Sequence record: PQ850594.1
DNA length: 64,000 nucleotides
DNA from: Escherichia phage AnnaHegner_Bas87
Direction: 5' to 3' (one strand)
Positions within the stretch are counted from its first letter, which is position 1. Each line of letters begins with the position of its first letter. Under the pieces are notes generated by a model that saw only the letters and a program-made list of their open reading frames with translations, was not told the DNA's origin and searched no databases. Shown in pieces: positions 54,006-62,751 of this stretch. Made by a program: the position numbers and the translations under genes.

Positions 54006-54178
54006 TTGATTAACACCAAATCAGTACGACGTTCGAAGGAAGGAGAAGATTCACCATTCCACTGAACAAGATAACAGAGAACACCATCAATCGTTGTTCT
54101 CCGACGAATAACACCTGTTTGAGTACCGCCAACAAGGCGAACAGTGTTACCAGTGGTAAACTTAACCTTTGAGCGCAT
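54002..54178 (-). CDS. hypothetical small basic protein
   Basis: start moved to internal Met; overlaps the 3' end of the upstream gene. Confidence 0.3.
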   Translation of the reverse strand: MRSKVKFTTGNTVRLVGGTQTGVIRRRTTIDGVLCYLVQWNGESSPSFERRTDLVLIK

Positions 54179-54467
54179 CCTCTGTTTCCTCATTCTGGCG
54201 TTTAATTTCTTCAGTGAGTTGCTTGTTGAGATCTTGAATACGTTTAATCTCCCAACCCAAAGAAGCCAAACGATCATTACGTGCTTCAATTTGCTCCTGC
54301 ATCTTGAGCAGTTTGGAACGAACATCAGCATTAAAGACTTCCTCTTGCTCAAGAAGGAACTCATAACGACGCTTCCAGCTTGCTGACTTATTACTTAACG
54401 CAATAAATCCTAGAACAGAAATCGTTACGGTGAGTACGAGAAGGAATCTATAAACCTCTAAAGTCAT
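54162..54467 (-). CDS. membrane-anchored coiled-coil protein
   Basis: N-terminal TM (FLLVLTVTISVLGFIAL) then heptad-rich Glu/Lys/Leu/Gln segment. Confidence 0.45.
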   Translation of the reverse strand: MTLEVYRFLLVLTVTISVLGFIALSNKSASWKRRYEFLLEQEEVFNADVRSKLLKMQEQIEARNDRLASLGWEIKRIQDLNKQLTEEIKRQNEETEDALKG

Positions 54468-54668
54468 ATCTTTATCCTCTTAAAGTAAGATATTATAAGA
54501 AATGTTATTTAGAATTTATTATTTCTAAACTTAATTTCTATCAATAATTTTCAGAGGTCTATATACAGTCATTACCTCTGGTCCCAAATCACTTCCACTT
54601 TTTGCAGAGAAAATCATAAGTGTGTGATTTATAAGGAAATTTAGTTTGTCAATCTTGGCACCTATGAA

Positions 54669-55055
54669 TCAATCACGGGCACTATTATTGAACACTAAAT
54701 CACCACAATACATTGGATTGGTATACCACTTTGGCACCCCTTCGCTCTTACTCTGAAAGTATGTACCGCTGTATAAAGGCACATAACCTCTCTTCAGTGC
54801 ACGTCTTGCAAGCCCCTCGCTCTCTCTGATTGACTTCTTTATCAGAGGATTATCATCACGAATCAGCTTTACATAACGTTTAAAAGGTTTCTCCTTCTTT
54901 AATAGGACGGGTATCCACTCGAACTGGTTTCGTTGATTTATAACCTGCTCGGCAGTCAGTTTTCGTTGTGACATTCTGTTTATTACGGTATCCGCAACTA
55001 ATGCTTTACATGCGGTTGGCTGGTTCCCTGCCTCATAATAAATAGTCAATGTCAA
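54669..55055 (-). CDS. SleB/CwlJ-like cell-wall hydrolase domain protein
   Basis: IYYEAGNQPTACKALVADTVINR...QFEW and later ARRALKRGYVPLY..TYF parallel the Hydrolase_2 pattern. Confidence 0.5.
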   Translation of the reverse strand: MTLTIYYEAGNQPTACKALVADTVINRMSQRKLTAEQVINQRNQFEWIPVLLKKEKPFKRYVKLIRDDNPLIKKSIRESEGLARRALKRGYVPLYSGTYFQSKSEGVPKWYTNPMYCGDLVFNNSARD

Positions 55056-55107
55056 AAGTAGCTGGGCCGTTGTTATCAGAACTTACTACCCCCTTGTTTT
55101 ACGGGCA

Positions 55108-55134
55108 TAAAAAAGCCCCATCCGAAGACGGGGC
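55108..55134 (-). terminator. rho-independent terminator (minus strand)
   Basis: GCCCCG-loop-TGGGGC hairpin followed on minus strand by TTTTTTAT. Confidence 0.5.
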
Positions 55135-55373
55135 GACCTGAAAGAGTGAACATGACCTCACTCATTTAAGAATCCTCGTAAAGACTCTTAAAAAAGAGGC
55201 CTCGTTAAAGGCCCGGTCAAATGACCATCCAATAGGGATTGAACCATGCCAATGATTCACAAAGGGAGTTCCCTTTAGGCATCACTAGCTACGCAAAAAG
55301 CCGCACAAAGGCGGCAGACAAAAAGACGCTCAAGAAGAGCGTCATAGTAGTTGACCACTGGTACAGAAGGGGC

Positions 55374-55817
55374 TTACTTAACTCTTGCTGTTTTGATTGG
55401 GTCAATATATTTTTCAACTCCCCATTTATGTTTACTATCAGCGTAGAAAACATCTGGTGCACATTGGCTAGTAGTAGGAAATGCTTTCGGTGGCTTAGTG
55501 CTACCTTTATTCTTCTGCTTACCTTTAGTGCGACCATTACAGAAGATTTCTAAACGTTTCTCTTCTTCTGTTTTCGCTGCACCGTTGGTTAACAAGGAAC
55601 GCTTATGATCAGCAAGAAGAAGCGCATCAGCACGGTGAACACGACGACCTAACACCTTCGCTACGGTAGAAGGTTTATGTTCTTGAGCGGCTTGTTTGAT
55701 AGCTCTTCGTTTAAGGCTACGTTTGCTAATATGGTTAACAGCGGCTGGCTTTTCTTTTTCCAGCTCACTCATAGAGAACACTCGTCCGCCTTTCATGCTG
55801 ATTTTAGATTTAGCCAT
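55374..55817 (-). CDS. hypothetical basic protein
   Basis: Lys/Arg-rich 147 aa ORF. Confidence 0.4.
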   Translation of the reverse strand: MAKSKISMKGGRVFSMSELEKEKPAAVNHISKRSLKRRAIKQAAQEHKPSTVAKVLGRRVHRADALLLADHKRSLLTNGAAKTEEEKRLEIFCNGRTKGKQKNKGSTKPPKAFPTTSQCAPDVFYADSKHKWGVEKYIDPIKTARVK

Positions 55818-55887
55818 TTCTTTATTCCTTTCGCTGATAAATTATATCGTGCAAGCCTTACCATACAGCAAGGCTTAACCAAATAAC

Positions 55888-56097
55888 TTAATCAATTAAA
55901 CTAAATGACTTCCAACTACGTGTAATTGCTACTTTTTCGCCATCAAAGAGAACACTTACAGAGATCAGTTTACCGCGACAACTGGATACCGTGGTAATAC
56001 GTCCGGTTAATGCCTTACCTTTATTCAGGTAGTGATAGCGGACACGACGTCCTAACAAACGAGTAGCTTTCTTCTCTAACGTGCTTAAGCTGGTCAT
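55888..56097 (-). CDS. hypothetical small protein
   Basis: ORF only. Confidence 0.35.
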   Translation of the reverse strand: MTSLSTLEKKATRLLGRRVRYHYLNKGKALTGRITTVSSCRGKLISVSVLFDGEKVAITRSWKSFSLID

Positions 56098-56318
56098 TAA
56101 ATAGCCCCTTTATATTGGAGTGATCTTACACGACGATACATAACAGTTGATGCACTAATCGCCGCTTGTTTTCTTTCGTGCTCATGCTGATTCTTTTTAA
56201 TCTTATCCATCTCGGCATCGTTACGACGACGCTGTAGTATTCTGCTACATTTGCGATGGTTGTTATTAGCACGTGCTTTCTTACAGATAGGGCACAAATG
56301 GGATTGAGTTAAGATCAT
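56097..56318 (-). CDS. hypothetical small Cys-containing basic protein
   Basis: CPICKKARANNNHRKC. Confidence 0.35.
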   Translation of the reverse strand: MILTQSHLCPICKKARANNNHRKCSRILQRRRNDAEMDKIKKNQHEHERKQAAISASTVMYRRVRSLQYKGAI

Positions 56319-56539
56319 TTGCGTAACCCCAGCTTACGAAGGAATCGGCCTAGCTTAGTTTCCTGCGTGATAGTGTAAGTAACAGAGTTTTCAATCAAGG
56401 CTTGTTCTTGAATCGGTGACGGATACCACTCGCCAGTAAGAACGCATTTGCATTCGATTCCGTATTTATCGGTTTTACGATAGGTCATGTTGTTGAGAAT
56501 GTTACGATACATCTTAACTTCTGTTTTCAGTTTTGGCAT
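56315..56539 (-). CDS. hypothetical small protein
   Basis: ORF only. Confidence 0.35.
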   Translation of the reverse strand: MPKLKTEVKMYRNILNNMTYRKTDKYGIECKCVLTGEWYPSPIQEQALIENSVTYTITQETKLGRFLRKLGLRK

Positions 56540-56593
56540 GGTGTTTATCTCTTTTTAGTTTCTTTGATTAGCACACTGAATCAATGCACTAGT

Positions 56594-56627
56594 AAAAGAA
56601 AAAGGCGCTACCCTTTCGAATAGCGCC
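56594..56627 (-). terminator. rho-independent terminator (minus strand)
   Basis: GGCGCTA-10 nt loop-TAGCGCC hairpin followed on minus strand by a T/C-rich run. Confidence 0.55.
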
Positions 56628-56646
56628 CCATGTGTTTTATTGTTGG

Positions 56647-57558
56647 TTATGCTGCCAGTTGACGCGCTGCCATAATCTCAGCGGCCTTGCGCAATACTTC
56701 TTCCTCTTCCTGCGCAGCTTTCTCGTTAGCTTTAACAGTCGAGGCGTTTGAGATACGACCGCGAAGGTTAGATAATTTCTCAGTCATTTCGTTGATCGCC
56801 TTTTCCATTTCATCAGCGTATGAGTCCAGAGATTCAAGCTCTTTAGTCGAGGCATTAATCAGGTAGTCATCGCTGATAGAAACAGTTGAAGCGGTTACTT
56901 TCTTAAGGAGTGAATCGAAAGTTTTCTTAACTTTGCCTACTTCTTCACTCAATGCGATAGTATTGTCAGAAGATGCGCCGTTGCGTTCATCTGCCAGTAG
57001 TGCCGCTTCAATACGGATTGCAGCCAGACGGTCAACCAGTGCATAAATATCCTGATTAAAGTTTTCGTTAACCTTCTGGTTGATCTGGTTTGCTACCGGA
57101 ACGTTGTCGTTGCAACCTTTGTAGAATGCTGGGTTATCAACCTGCACGTCTTCACCTTTAGCAAAGCGTTCAAAGGAATTAGACCAGCGGGCGCGGTTTT
57201 GTTCCATTTTGGCCTTAACTTGTTCCGGTTTAGCATCCTCTTTCGCTTTCGCTTCACCTTCCAGATTAATCCATTTCTTTTTACCGTTCGCCCCGTCGCT
57301 GTTGTACTTGATCGGGGTTAAGAAAGAGATGGCAACCGCAATCACGTCTAAGTCACGATAACGCTCAGTTAACAAGAAATCAACCGCCGCCTGCAATACA
57401 TCCAGTTTCTTACCGTTGGTGCGGAAGTGCTGCAAATGGCCTAACAGGAAGTTAGAAACATCTTGTTTGATTGCCGCGTTGTTGCTACGAATGTTGTTAG
57501 CCAGTGCATTAAAGCCGGATTCGTTAACCAGATTAAAAACTTTAGCCATGATATTCAC
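56647..57558 (-). CDS. hypothetical protein, first long ORF after the ORF-free leader
   Basis: 303 aa; Ala/Lys/Glu-rich helical composition. Confidence 0.45.
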   Translation of the reverse strand: MNIMAKVFNLVNESGFNALANNIRSNNAAIKQDVSNFLLGHLQHFRTNGKKLDVLQAAVDFLLTERYRDLDVIAVAISFLTPIKYNSDGANGKKKWINLEGEAKAKEDAKPEQVKAKMEQNRARWSNSFERFAKGEDVQVDNPAFYKGCNDNVPVANQINQKVNENFNQDIYALVDRLAAIRIEAALLADERNGASSDNTIALSEEVGKVKKTFDSLLKKVTASTVSISDDYLINASTKELESLDSYADEMEKAINEMTEKLSNLRGRISNASTVKANEKAAQEEEEVLRKAAEIMAARQLAA

Positions 57559-57616
57559 CTTTCAATTGTAAGGGCACTATGCCCCGCTCTCTATGAGCTT
57601 TTTAAGTCACTATTGA

Positions 57617-57656
57617 CTTATCAATAATCACTCAATATCAAGTAATTATTGATAAG
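57617..57656. promoter_or_regulatory. perfect 12 bp inverted repeat, operator-like
   Basis: CTTATCAATAAT-16 nt-ATTATTGATAAG about 60-100 nt upstream of the 57558 start. Confidence 0.4.
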
Positions 57657-58468
57657 CGAGGCGGTCTTATCAGGAGTTAACCTTGCCGCCTCCTTATCCG
57701 TGATGTTTCATCTGGTATCTTTAATTAGTCGCTATAAATAAAGCCGACCTGATAGCGATGATCAATCATCACAATAAGGCAGTGCGTCCGACTCTATTTA
57801 ATTACTTTATCGTAACCGTCGGCAATATCGTCTACTTTGCTTTCGCTCCCGCCTATCCTTTTGTACTAACTCTCAATCGCTAACCATCGCCCACTACGGG
57901 AGGTTATTGCGAAAGAGTCATTAGCCGTCTAATACATTGACGTTTTATATCTTTCAGCAGGTTTACTACATAAACTGATTATGTACGCCATCAATAGTGG
58001 CCTCAAATCATTCACATCGTAAACGTTCACACTAAACCTTTTTGTTAAATAGCAATTTGCCACTTTTTAACCATTCACCGCCGCCCCCAATTGGGCGTTA
58101 ATTCGTCGGATTTGCCTACCCTGATAAACTTCTTTCACTGTAGCACCTTGTTAGCGATGGCCGCCGCTACCCTTTAACCGTGGGCGATTAGTTTAGGCCG
58201 TTGCGTGTACTCAATGAATCCGTTTTATCAGTGGTGACGTTTCCAGTTAAGGGATTGTAAAAACTGTTTACCCTGATAATTTAGGGAGTCTTACGCCGTT
58301 TTATCTGGTATGTTTTCCGATGGTTATTATCATCCAACATATTCAACCGATATAGGAGAATGTTTAAATTGTTAAAGAGCGGTAAATCTATCAGTGTGCT
58401 TTCTCACACTATGCAACTGTTAGCCGTTGTTACGCTTTTCTTAAGCGGTGAATTGCTTAAGTGTGCTC

Positions 58469-58497
58469 ATTATGAATCATGCTGTTTTAGCTGTCAA
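58469..58497 (-). promoter_or_regulatory. sigma-70-like promoter (TTGACA-17 bp-CATAAT), leftward
   Basis: on minus strand TTGACA at 58492-58497 and CATAAT at 58469-58474; part of a 38 bp repeat. Confidence 0.45.
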
Positions 58498-58955
58498 CCG
58501 CTTTTTTAATCTTTTTCGTCGTTCCCGCTGTTGGGAAGATATATCAACCAGCTTTGTTTGATTGAAGATTAAGCGGTAAGGCTTAACTTATGATTCATAT
58601 TTTTAAAGAGCGGTGAAGCATTTACAGCTTAACACATCGTGTTAGCTTGTCAACTCTTTTTATCATCTTCTTTTATTCTATTCCCTTATCTCGCTTGAAT
58701 CTTTGCGAAAGGGCAAGATGATAAGTCTGATTTGTCTTTTAGGAATCTAGTGCGCTTTCAAGCATCGACCATTTGAAAGTATCGAACAAATGAGGCTTAT
58801 TTTGTTGCTCATCGTCCGCCTGTTTCACGTATGAATCAGGAATCAATTCTAGTGGTCAACTAAGCGCCTTATAGTAATGACGTCGCCGCCACCTGTAAGA
58901 CAAATCATATTTTTAAAGAGCGGGGATATTTTAAGTCATCGCTGACTGAGTGCTT

Positions 58956-58984
58956 ATTATGAATCAGGCTGTTTTCGGTGTCAA
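58956..58984 (-). promoter_or_regulatory. sigma-70-like promoter (TTGACA-17 bp-CATAAT), leftward, repeat copy 2
   Basis: same arrangement and about 85 percent identical 38 bp block. Confidence 0.45.
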
Positions 58985-59161
58985 TACTATTTTTAAAGTA
59001 TTTTCACTTTCTAGCCTGATTTTTAAAGAGCGTAGCACTTTCATTGTGCGTCTTACTGTCGGTATTCCTACCGCTCCCCGTTGAAGCCTTTTACCGTGAT
59101 GCTAATCACCTATCGAGGAGTTTTTACTACTTGTTGTTACTTACTGCTTACTACGGGATTC

Positions 59162-59189
59162 ATATTACTATACAGGAAAACCCTGTCAA
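59162..59189 (-). promoter_or_regulatory. weaker sigma-70-like promoter within 85 bp duplicated element, copy A
   Basis: TTGACA on minus strand at 59184-59189 with TAATAT-like -10. Confidence 0.3.
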
Positions 59190-59393
59190 TACCCTTTTTT
59201 CAAATTATTTTATATCTCACTGTTTTATAAAGGAATTTATTTTAGGGAGGATAGGAACTACAAAGAAATCAGGAGGTAAAGGAACGTGCACGCGTGATAC
59301 ATCACAAGAAATGGCTTGTAAAGCAATAATAAGCGTCCTGTAACGCATCACAACGAGCTAAAAGGGAGTAAGGCATACAATCACCTTAGAAAT

Positions 59394-59417
59394 GAAAAAA
59401 GCGCCTCAAAAGGGCGC
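59394..59417 (-). terminator. rho-independent terminator (minus strand)
   Basis: GCGCC-loop-GGCGC hairpin followed on minus strand by TTTTTT; directly after stop of 59439-59765. Confidence 0.6.
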
Positions 59418-59438
59418 TTAGAGAGTCTTACGGATTGG

Positions 59439-59765
59439 TTACGGATTGGTGCAAGTGCCGTTACCGGATGATATTTCGTTCATCGACTCATCGAACAACG
59501 TCATTCTAGACCGCATCATGTGATCTATAGTGATTTGCTTTCCGGTAATTTCGTTAACAAGCATCGCATACTTGCCATCAACGACACGATGATCATAGTC
59601 ATTCAGGTCAATCAATACTACCTTGCTAGACTTCTTGCCAGTGTCGTAGTTTTCCATAAGATAGGTGCATTGCAGACCATCTAAACTGGCCTCGTTGAAT
59701 ACGGCAGCATGTGACACGGAAGAAACGGCGAACAAGGCAGCAAATACAGCAAATTTAATTTTCAT
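59439..59765 (-). CDS. small secreted periplasmic protein
   Basis: start moved to internal Met: MKIKFAVFAALFAVSSVSHA signal peptide. Confidence 0.45.
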   Translation of the reverse strand: MKIKFAVFAALFAVSSVSHAAVFNEASLDGLQCTYLMENYDTGKKSSKVVLIDLNDYDHRVVDGKYAMLVNEITGKQITIDHMMRSRMTLFDESMNEISSGNGTCTNP

Positions 59766-59857
59766 GATCCAACCCTTAAGCGGAACGTGCAACAAAGAAA
59801 AACAAGTCATAGATAAATGCTATGATACAGAGAACTAACAGACAATGCAAAAAATAC

Positions 59858-60133
59858 TTATGTAACATTACTCACCACTTTATCTAGATGATCATCGAAC
59901 GTTTCACAAATGGATTGCACTTCGTCAATATCTAATAGCAGACCGTGACGGGCAAAGAATTGAGCTAACTCAAGATAATCCGCACCAATAAGCATGACAC
60001 CATTGAAAGGGGCGATCTTAACATCTTGAGATGTTACCAATAATAAATTACCAATATCAGCAATAGCGTCATAATTCAGTGTAACGCCTACGCCGTAATT
60101 ATGTGTTTCAATAATGGCGATAGTTTCCATCAT
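59858..60133 (-). CDS. hypothetical protein
   Basis: ORF only. Confidence 0.35.
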   Translation of the reverse strand: MMETIAIIETHNYGVGVTLNYDAIADIGNLLLVTSQDVKIAPFNGVMLIGADYLELAQFFARHGLLLDIDEVQSICETFDDHLDKVVSNVT

Positions 60134-60396
60134 TAGTTATCCTCGATAGTCAATAACTCTTCCAGCGATAAGCCAGATTTAACCAGCAAATCACGATACT
60201 CGTTAGCATCCATCGGATCAAGGCCGGACAACTGAGCGATAGTCATGCGTGCACGTAATGAAGATAAAGACACTAGCGCACGGATAGGGATCAGTACAAG
60301 CCCATATTTACCGCTGATAACTAAATCACCATGCTGGATGCACATGTAGGCGTTTATCACGGTTGCAAATGATTCGTTCATTGAATAGCCTCGCAA
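60133..60396 (-). CDS. hypothetical protein
   Basis: ORF only. Confidence 0.35.
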   Translation of the reverse strand: MRGYSMNESFATVINAYMCIQHGDLVISGKYGLVLIPIRALVSLSSLRARMTIAQLSGLDPMDANEYRDLLVKSGLSLEELLTIEDN

Positions 60397-61238
60397 TTAG
60401 CAAAGTTAATAAAGGTTGTATAAACTGCTACACCGTCATTGTAAGCAGTGGTAGCGAGTACAGTTTCACTCACATCACCATAACTAACGAGATTAGTTAC
60501 AAACTGTAATTTCTCTTTCTCAACCTTCTGGTAAAGAGAATACGTCACCATATCACGATCACTATCAGCACGTTTCAATTTAATAACTGATTGAATGCCT
60601 GATTTCTCGTCCAACGGGGTAAGAGTGACACGAACATCTTTTACGGTTACAGAGTTAAAATGCACCTTCCAGAATGAATCATTACCATCACTGCCAACGT
60701 CACGGCAGACCATATCAGGAGCATTCTTAAACGTGCTAACAAAGGATTGCAGACCAGTAGAAAGAGAGTCTTTTGCCTGAACATTGGTAGCGATAGCACT
60801 AACACCGATAGCTGCAACCAGTGCATAAGAAGCCAGATTAACAGACTTCATAATCTTATTTGCAATAGAAGGCTTGCTATCTTTCTTCTTGTTCTGAATA
60901 GCTTCAACCATAGCAGACAAGCGGGCTAATACTGCGTTAACATCGCGGCAAGATTCAGGCCAATCCTTTTGAGTCCAACTATCTAAATTAGCCTGAATGT
61001 AACAGTTGATAGCATCTTGCATATCGGTAAAACCATTCTCTTTCATCGACTCTTTATCTTCACACTGTAAGGCGTTCGCGGTGGAATCAATGATAAGGCA
61101 AGCCAGAATGACAGAGTTTTTGAAGCTGGTACGAGCTTGCTGATTATCCATCCATTGAGAAGGCACACCAACGGAAAGACCTAACGAAGAAAGTACATCA
61201 TTTGCTTGATTCAAGTATTTAATTGCTAACTTTGACAT
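60378..61238 (-). CDS. membrane protein with central signal-anchor-like helix
   Basis: 286 aa; central MKSVNLASYALVAAIGVSAIATNVQA segment between two soluble domains. Confidence 0.4.
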   Translation of the reverse strand: MSKLAIKYLNQANDVLSSLGLSVGVPSQWMDNQQARTSFKNSVILACLIIDSTANALQCEDKESMKENGFTDMQDAINCYIQANLDSWTQKDWPESCRDVNAVLARLSAMVEAIQNKKKDSKPSIANKIMKSVNLASYALVAAIGVSAIATNVQAKDSLSTGLQSFVSTFKNAPDMVCRDVGSDGNDSFWKVHFNSVTVKDVRVTLTPLDEKSGIQSVIKLKRADSDRDMVTYSLYQKVEKEKLQFVTNLVSYGDVSETVLATTAYNDGVAVYTTFINFANCEAIQ

Positions 61239-61283
61239 TTCATTAATCCTTTCGGTTGATGTGAACTACAAACTACGATTGCA

Positions 61284-61311
61284 ACTATATATTAAAGGAA
61301 AAACCTGTCAA
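61284..61311 (-). promoter_or_regulatory. sigma-70-like promoter (TTGACA-16 bp-TATAGT), leftward, within 85 bp element copy B
   Basis: about 45 nt upstream of the 61238 start. Confidence 0.45.
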
Positions 61312-61424
61312 CTACTTATTTTCAAACTATTTCATAACTCACTGAATATAAAAGGAATTTAATTTACTAAACTTTCTTGTTCAGAGGAATGACTAACTAA
61401 AAGAATGTTACTTTATAACACTTA

Positions 61425-61975
61425 TAGAACGGGTAGCAGACCAACGGGATAGATAGATGGGTAAGACGTGCCGCATAGGTTAGCCAATGGGTAAGAAGCC
61501 TAACGAGGAAGGGGAAACGGGTGGGATATAATGTAAGTTAGTTACAGGTAACAGGTCAGACCATGCGGTAATAAATTACCAGTCAAAAATCTACTCATCA
61601 AAAGAAAAAAGAAACGCTGAAAAAGAAAAGAATAAAAGAAAGAATAAAAATAATAACTAAAGTAAACAACTACCAGTCTAAACATACATACATCAATAAT
61701 CCACTCATGAATAATCACATAAGTTATTACATTCAAACTATGGGGGATGGTCATCAATGGTATAGTTGCATAGTGTTACTAGTAGTTATCATAGGTTATC
61801 ATTAGCCTGATCATAGTCACTATTATAGCCCCTTAACAGAGGCTAGCCTTTCATCCTTCCTTAACATGAGTAAGAGAAATACGGGTAGGAAATCACTGGT
61901 TAGATATACATGGGTAAATAATGCATGTGTAATATCAATGGGTAGGGTATTTATGGGTAGGGATACCACTGGTAG
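61425..61975. repeat. iteron-like array 1 of (A/C)(T/C)GGGTA-type motifs
   Basis: at least 8 dispersed copies (e.g. GATGGGTAAG, AATGGGTAAG, CATGGGTAAA, AATGGGTAGGG, TATGGGTAGGG) in ORF-free DNA, separated by a purine-rich A tract. Confidence 0.6.
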
Positions 61976-62184
61976 CAGGTAGGCTAGGGCTTAGAGCTTA
62001 AAGGCTGATTGATTTCCTAAAGGCAATTGCATTGGTAATAACCCTTTTTTAAATGAGGACTCCCCCTTTTTAGGAAACGCGCTCGGAGAGGCTAGGTCCA
62101 TCCGGTCAAATTGAAATTTTAAACTCTTATATATAACTATATGCCCCAACGTTAGTTGTGGATTTAAGAATAAGGAACTATTTT

Positions 62185-62349
62185 ATGTGGAATATTAAGT
62201 TACTAATTAAGCAATTCAAATGTCAACACGAATACTACCCGATACGAATATCGAGAGGTGATGAACGGTTACACGCTTATTACAAGAGTACTTGGAGATG
62301 CGCAGACTGTGGTAAGGTTAGGAATAGTAAATGGGTGGATAGGCCTTAA
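62185..62349 (+). CDS. small zinc-ribbon protein, HEW/CxxC-family-like
   Basis: start moved to ATG 62185 with AAGGAA RBS (track start is GTG 62158); FKCQHEY...WRCADCGK. Confidence 0.4.
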   Translation: MWNIKLLIKQFKCQHEYYPIRISRGDERLHAYYKSTWRCADCGKVRNSKWVDRP

Positions 62350-62460
62350 TGGGTATGCCTTAATGTGGGGTAGCCTTTATGGAGTCCCTTTACTTCAGCG
62401 TACATGGGTTAGTACATGGGTGGGCCTTTAGATGAGTACGCCTTTATGGGTTGATCACTC
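62325..62460. repeat. iteron-like array 2 of ATGGGT(A/G/T) motifs
   Basis: 6 further copies, the first inside the 3' end of ORF 62185-62349. Confidence 0.55.
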
Positions 62461-62484
62461 TCTTATATCAGAGGAGATATAAAA

Positions 62485-62751
62485 ATGATTCTAGACTTTT
62501 TATCAGAGTTGATTCCTTACTTCCGCACTGAAAAATGTGCATTTAAAGTTGAAGAAGTTGGGGACACTGAAGTAATAACTTGTTTGGGTAGATTAGTAGA
62601 CCTAGACGATGATGAAGATTTTGATGTTACAATAGACCTGAGTTCATTGGGCTGGTTGTACATGAGATTTTGCATAACCTACAAACCTGAGACTTATAAA
62701 GACTATCGTTATAGTGATAACACTGACACTGAAGGAGAGAATGATGAATAA
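62485..62751 (+). CDS. small acidic protein
   Basis: GGAG RBS; Asp/Glu-rich, acidic C-terminus. Confidence 0.4.
   Translation: MILDFLSELIPYFRTEKCAFKVEEVGDTEVITCLGRLVDLDDDEDFDVTIDLSSLGWLYMRFCITYKPETYKDYRYSDNTDTEGENDE

Noticed and set aside
59044-59343. Plus-strand 99 aa ORF inside the ORF-free leader
   Set aside because: No RBS, overlaps promoter repeats, and is the only ORF in an otherwise non-coding repeat region.
57559-59438. Possible CRISPR array in the repeat-rich ORF-free segment
   Set aside because: Repeat families are short, heterogeneous and irregularly spaced, with no uniform direct repeat and spacer periodicity.
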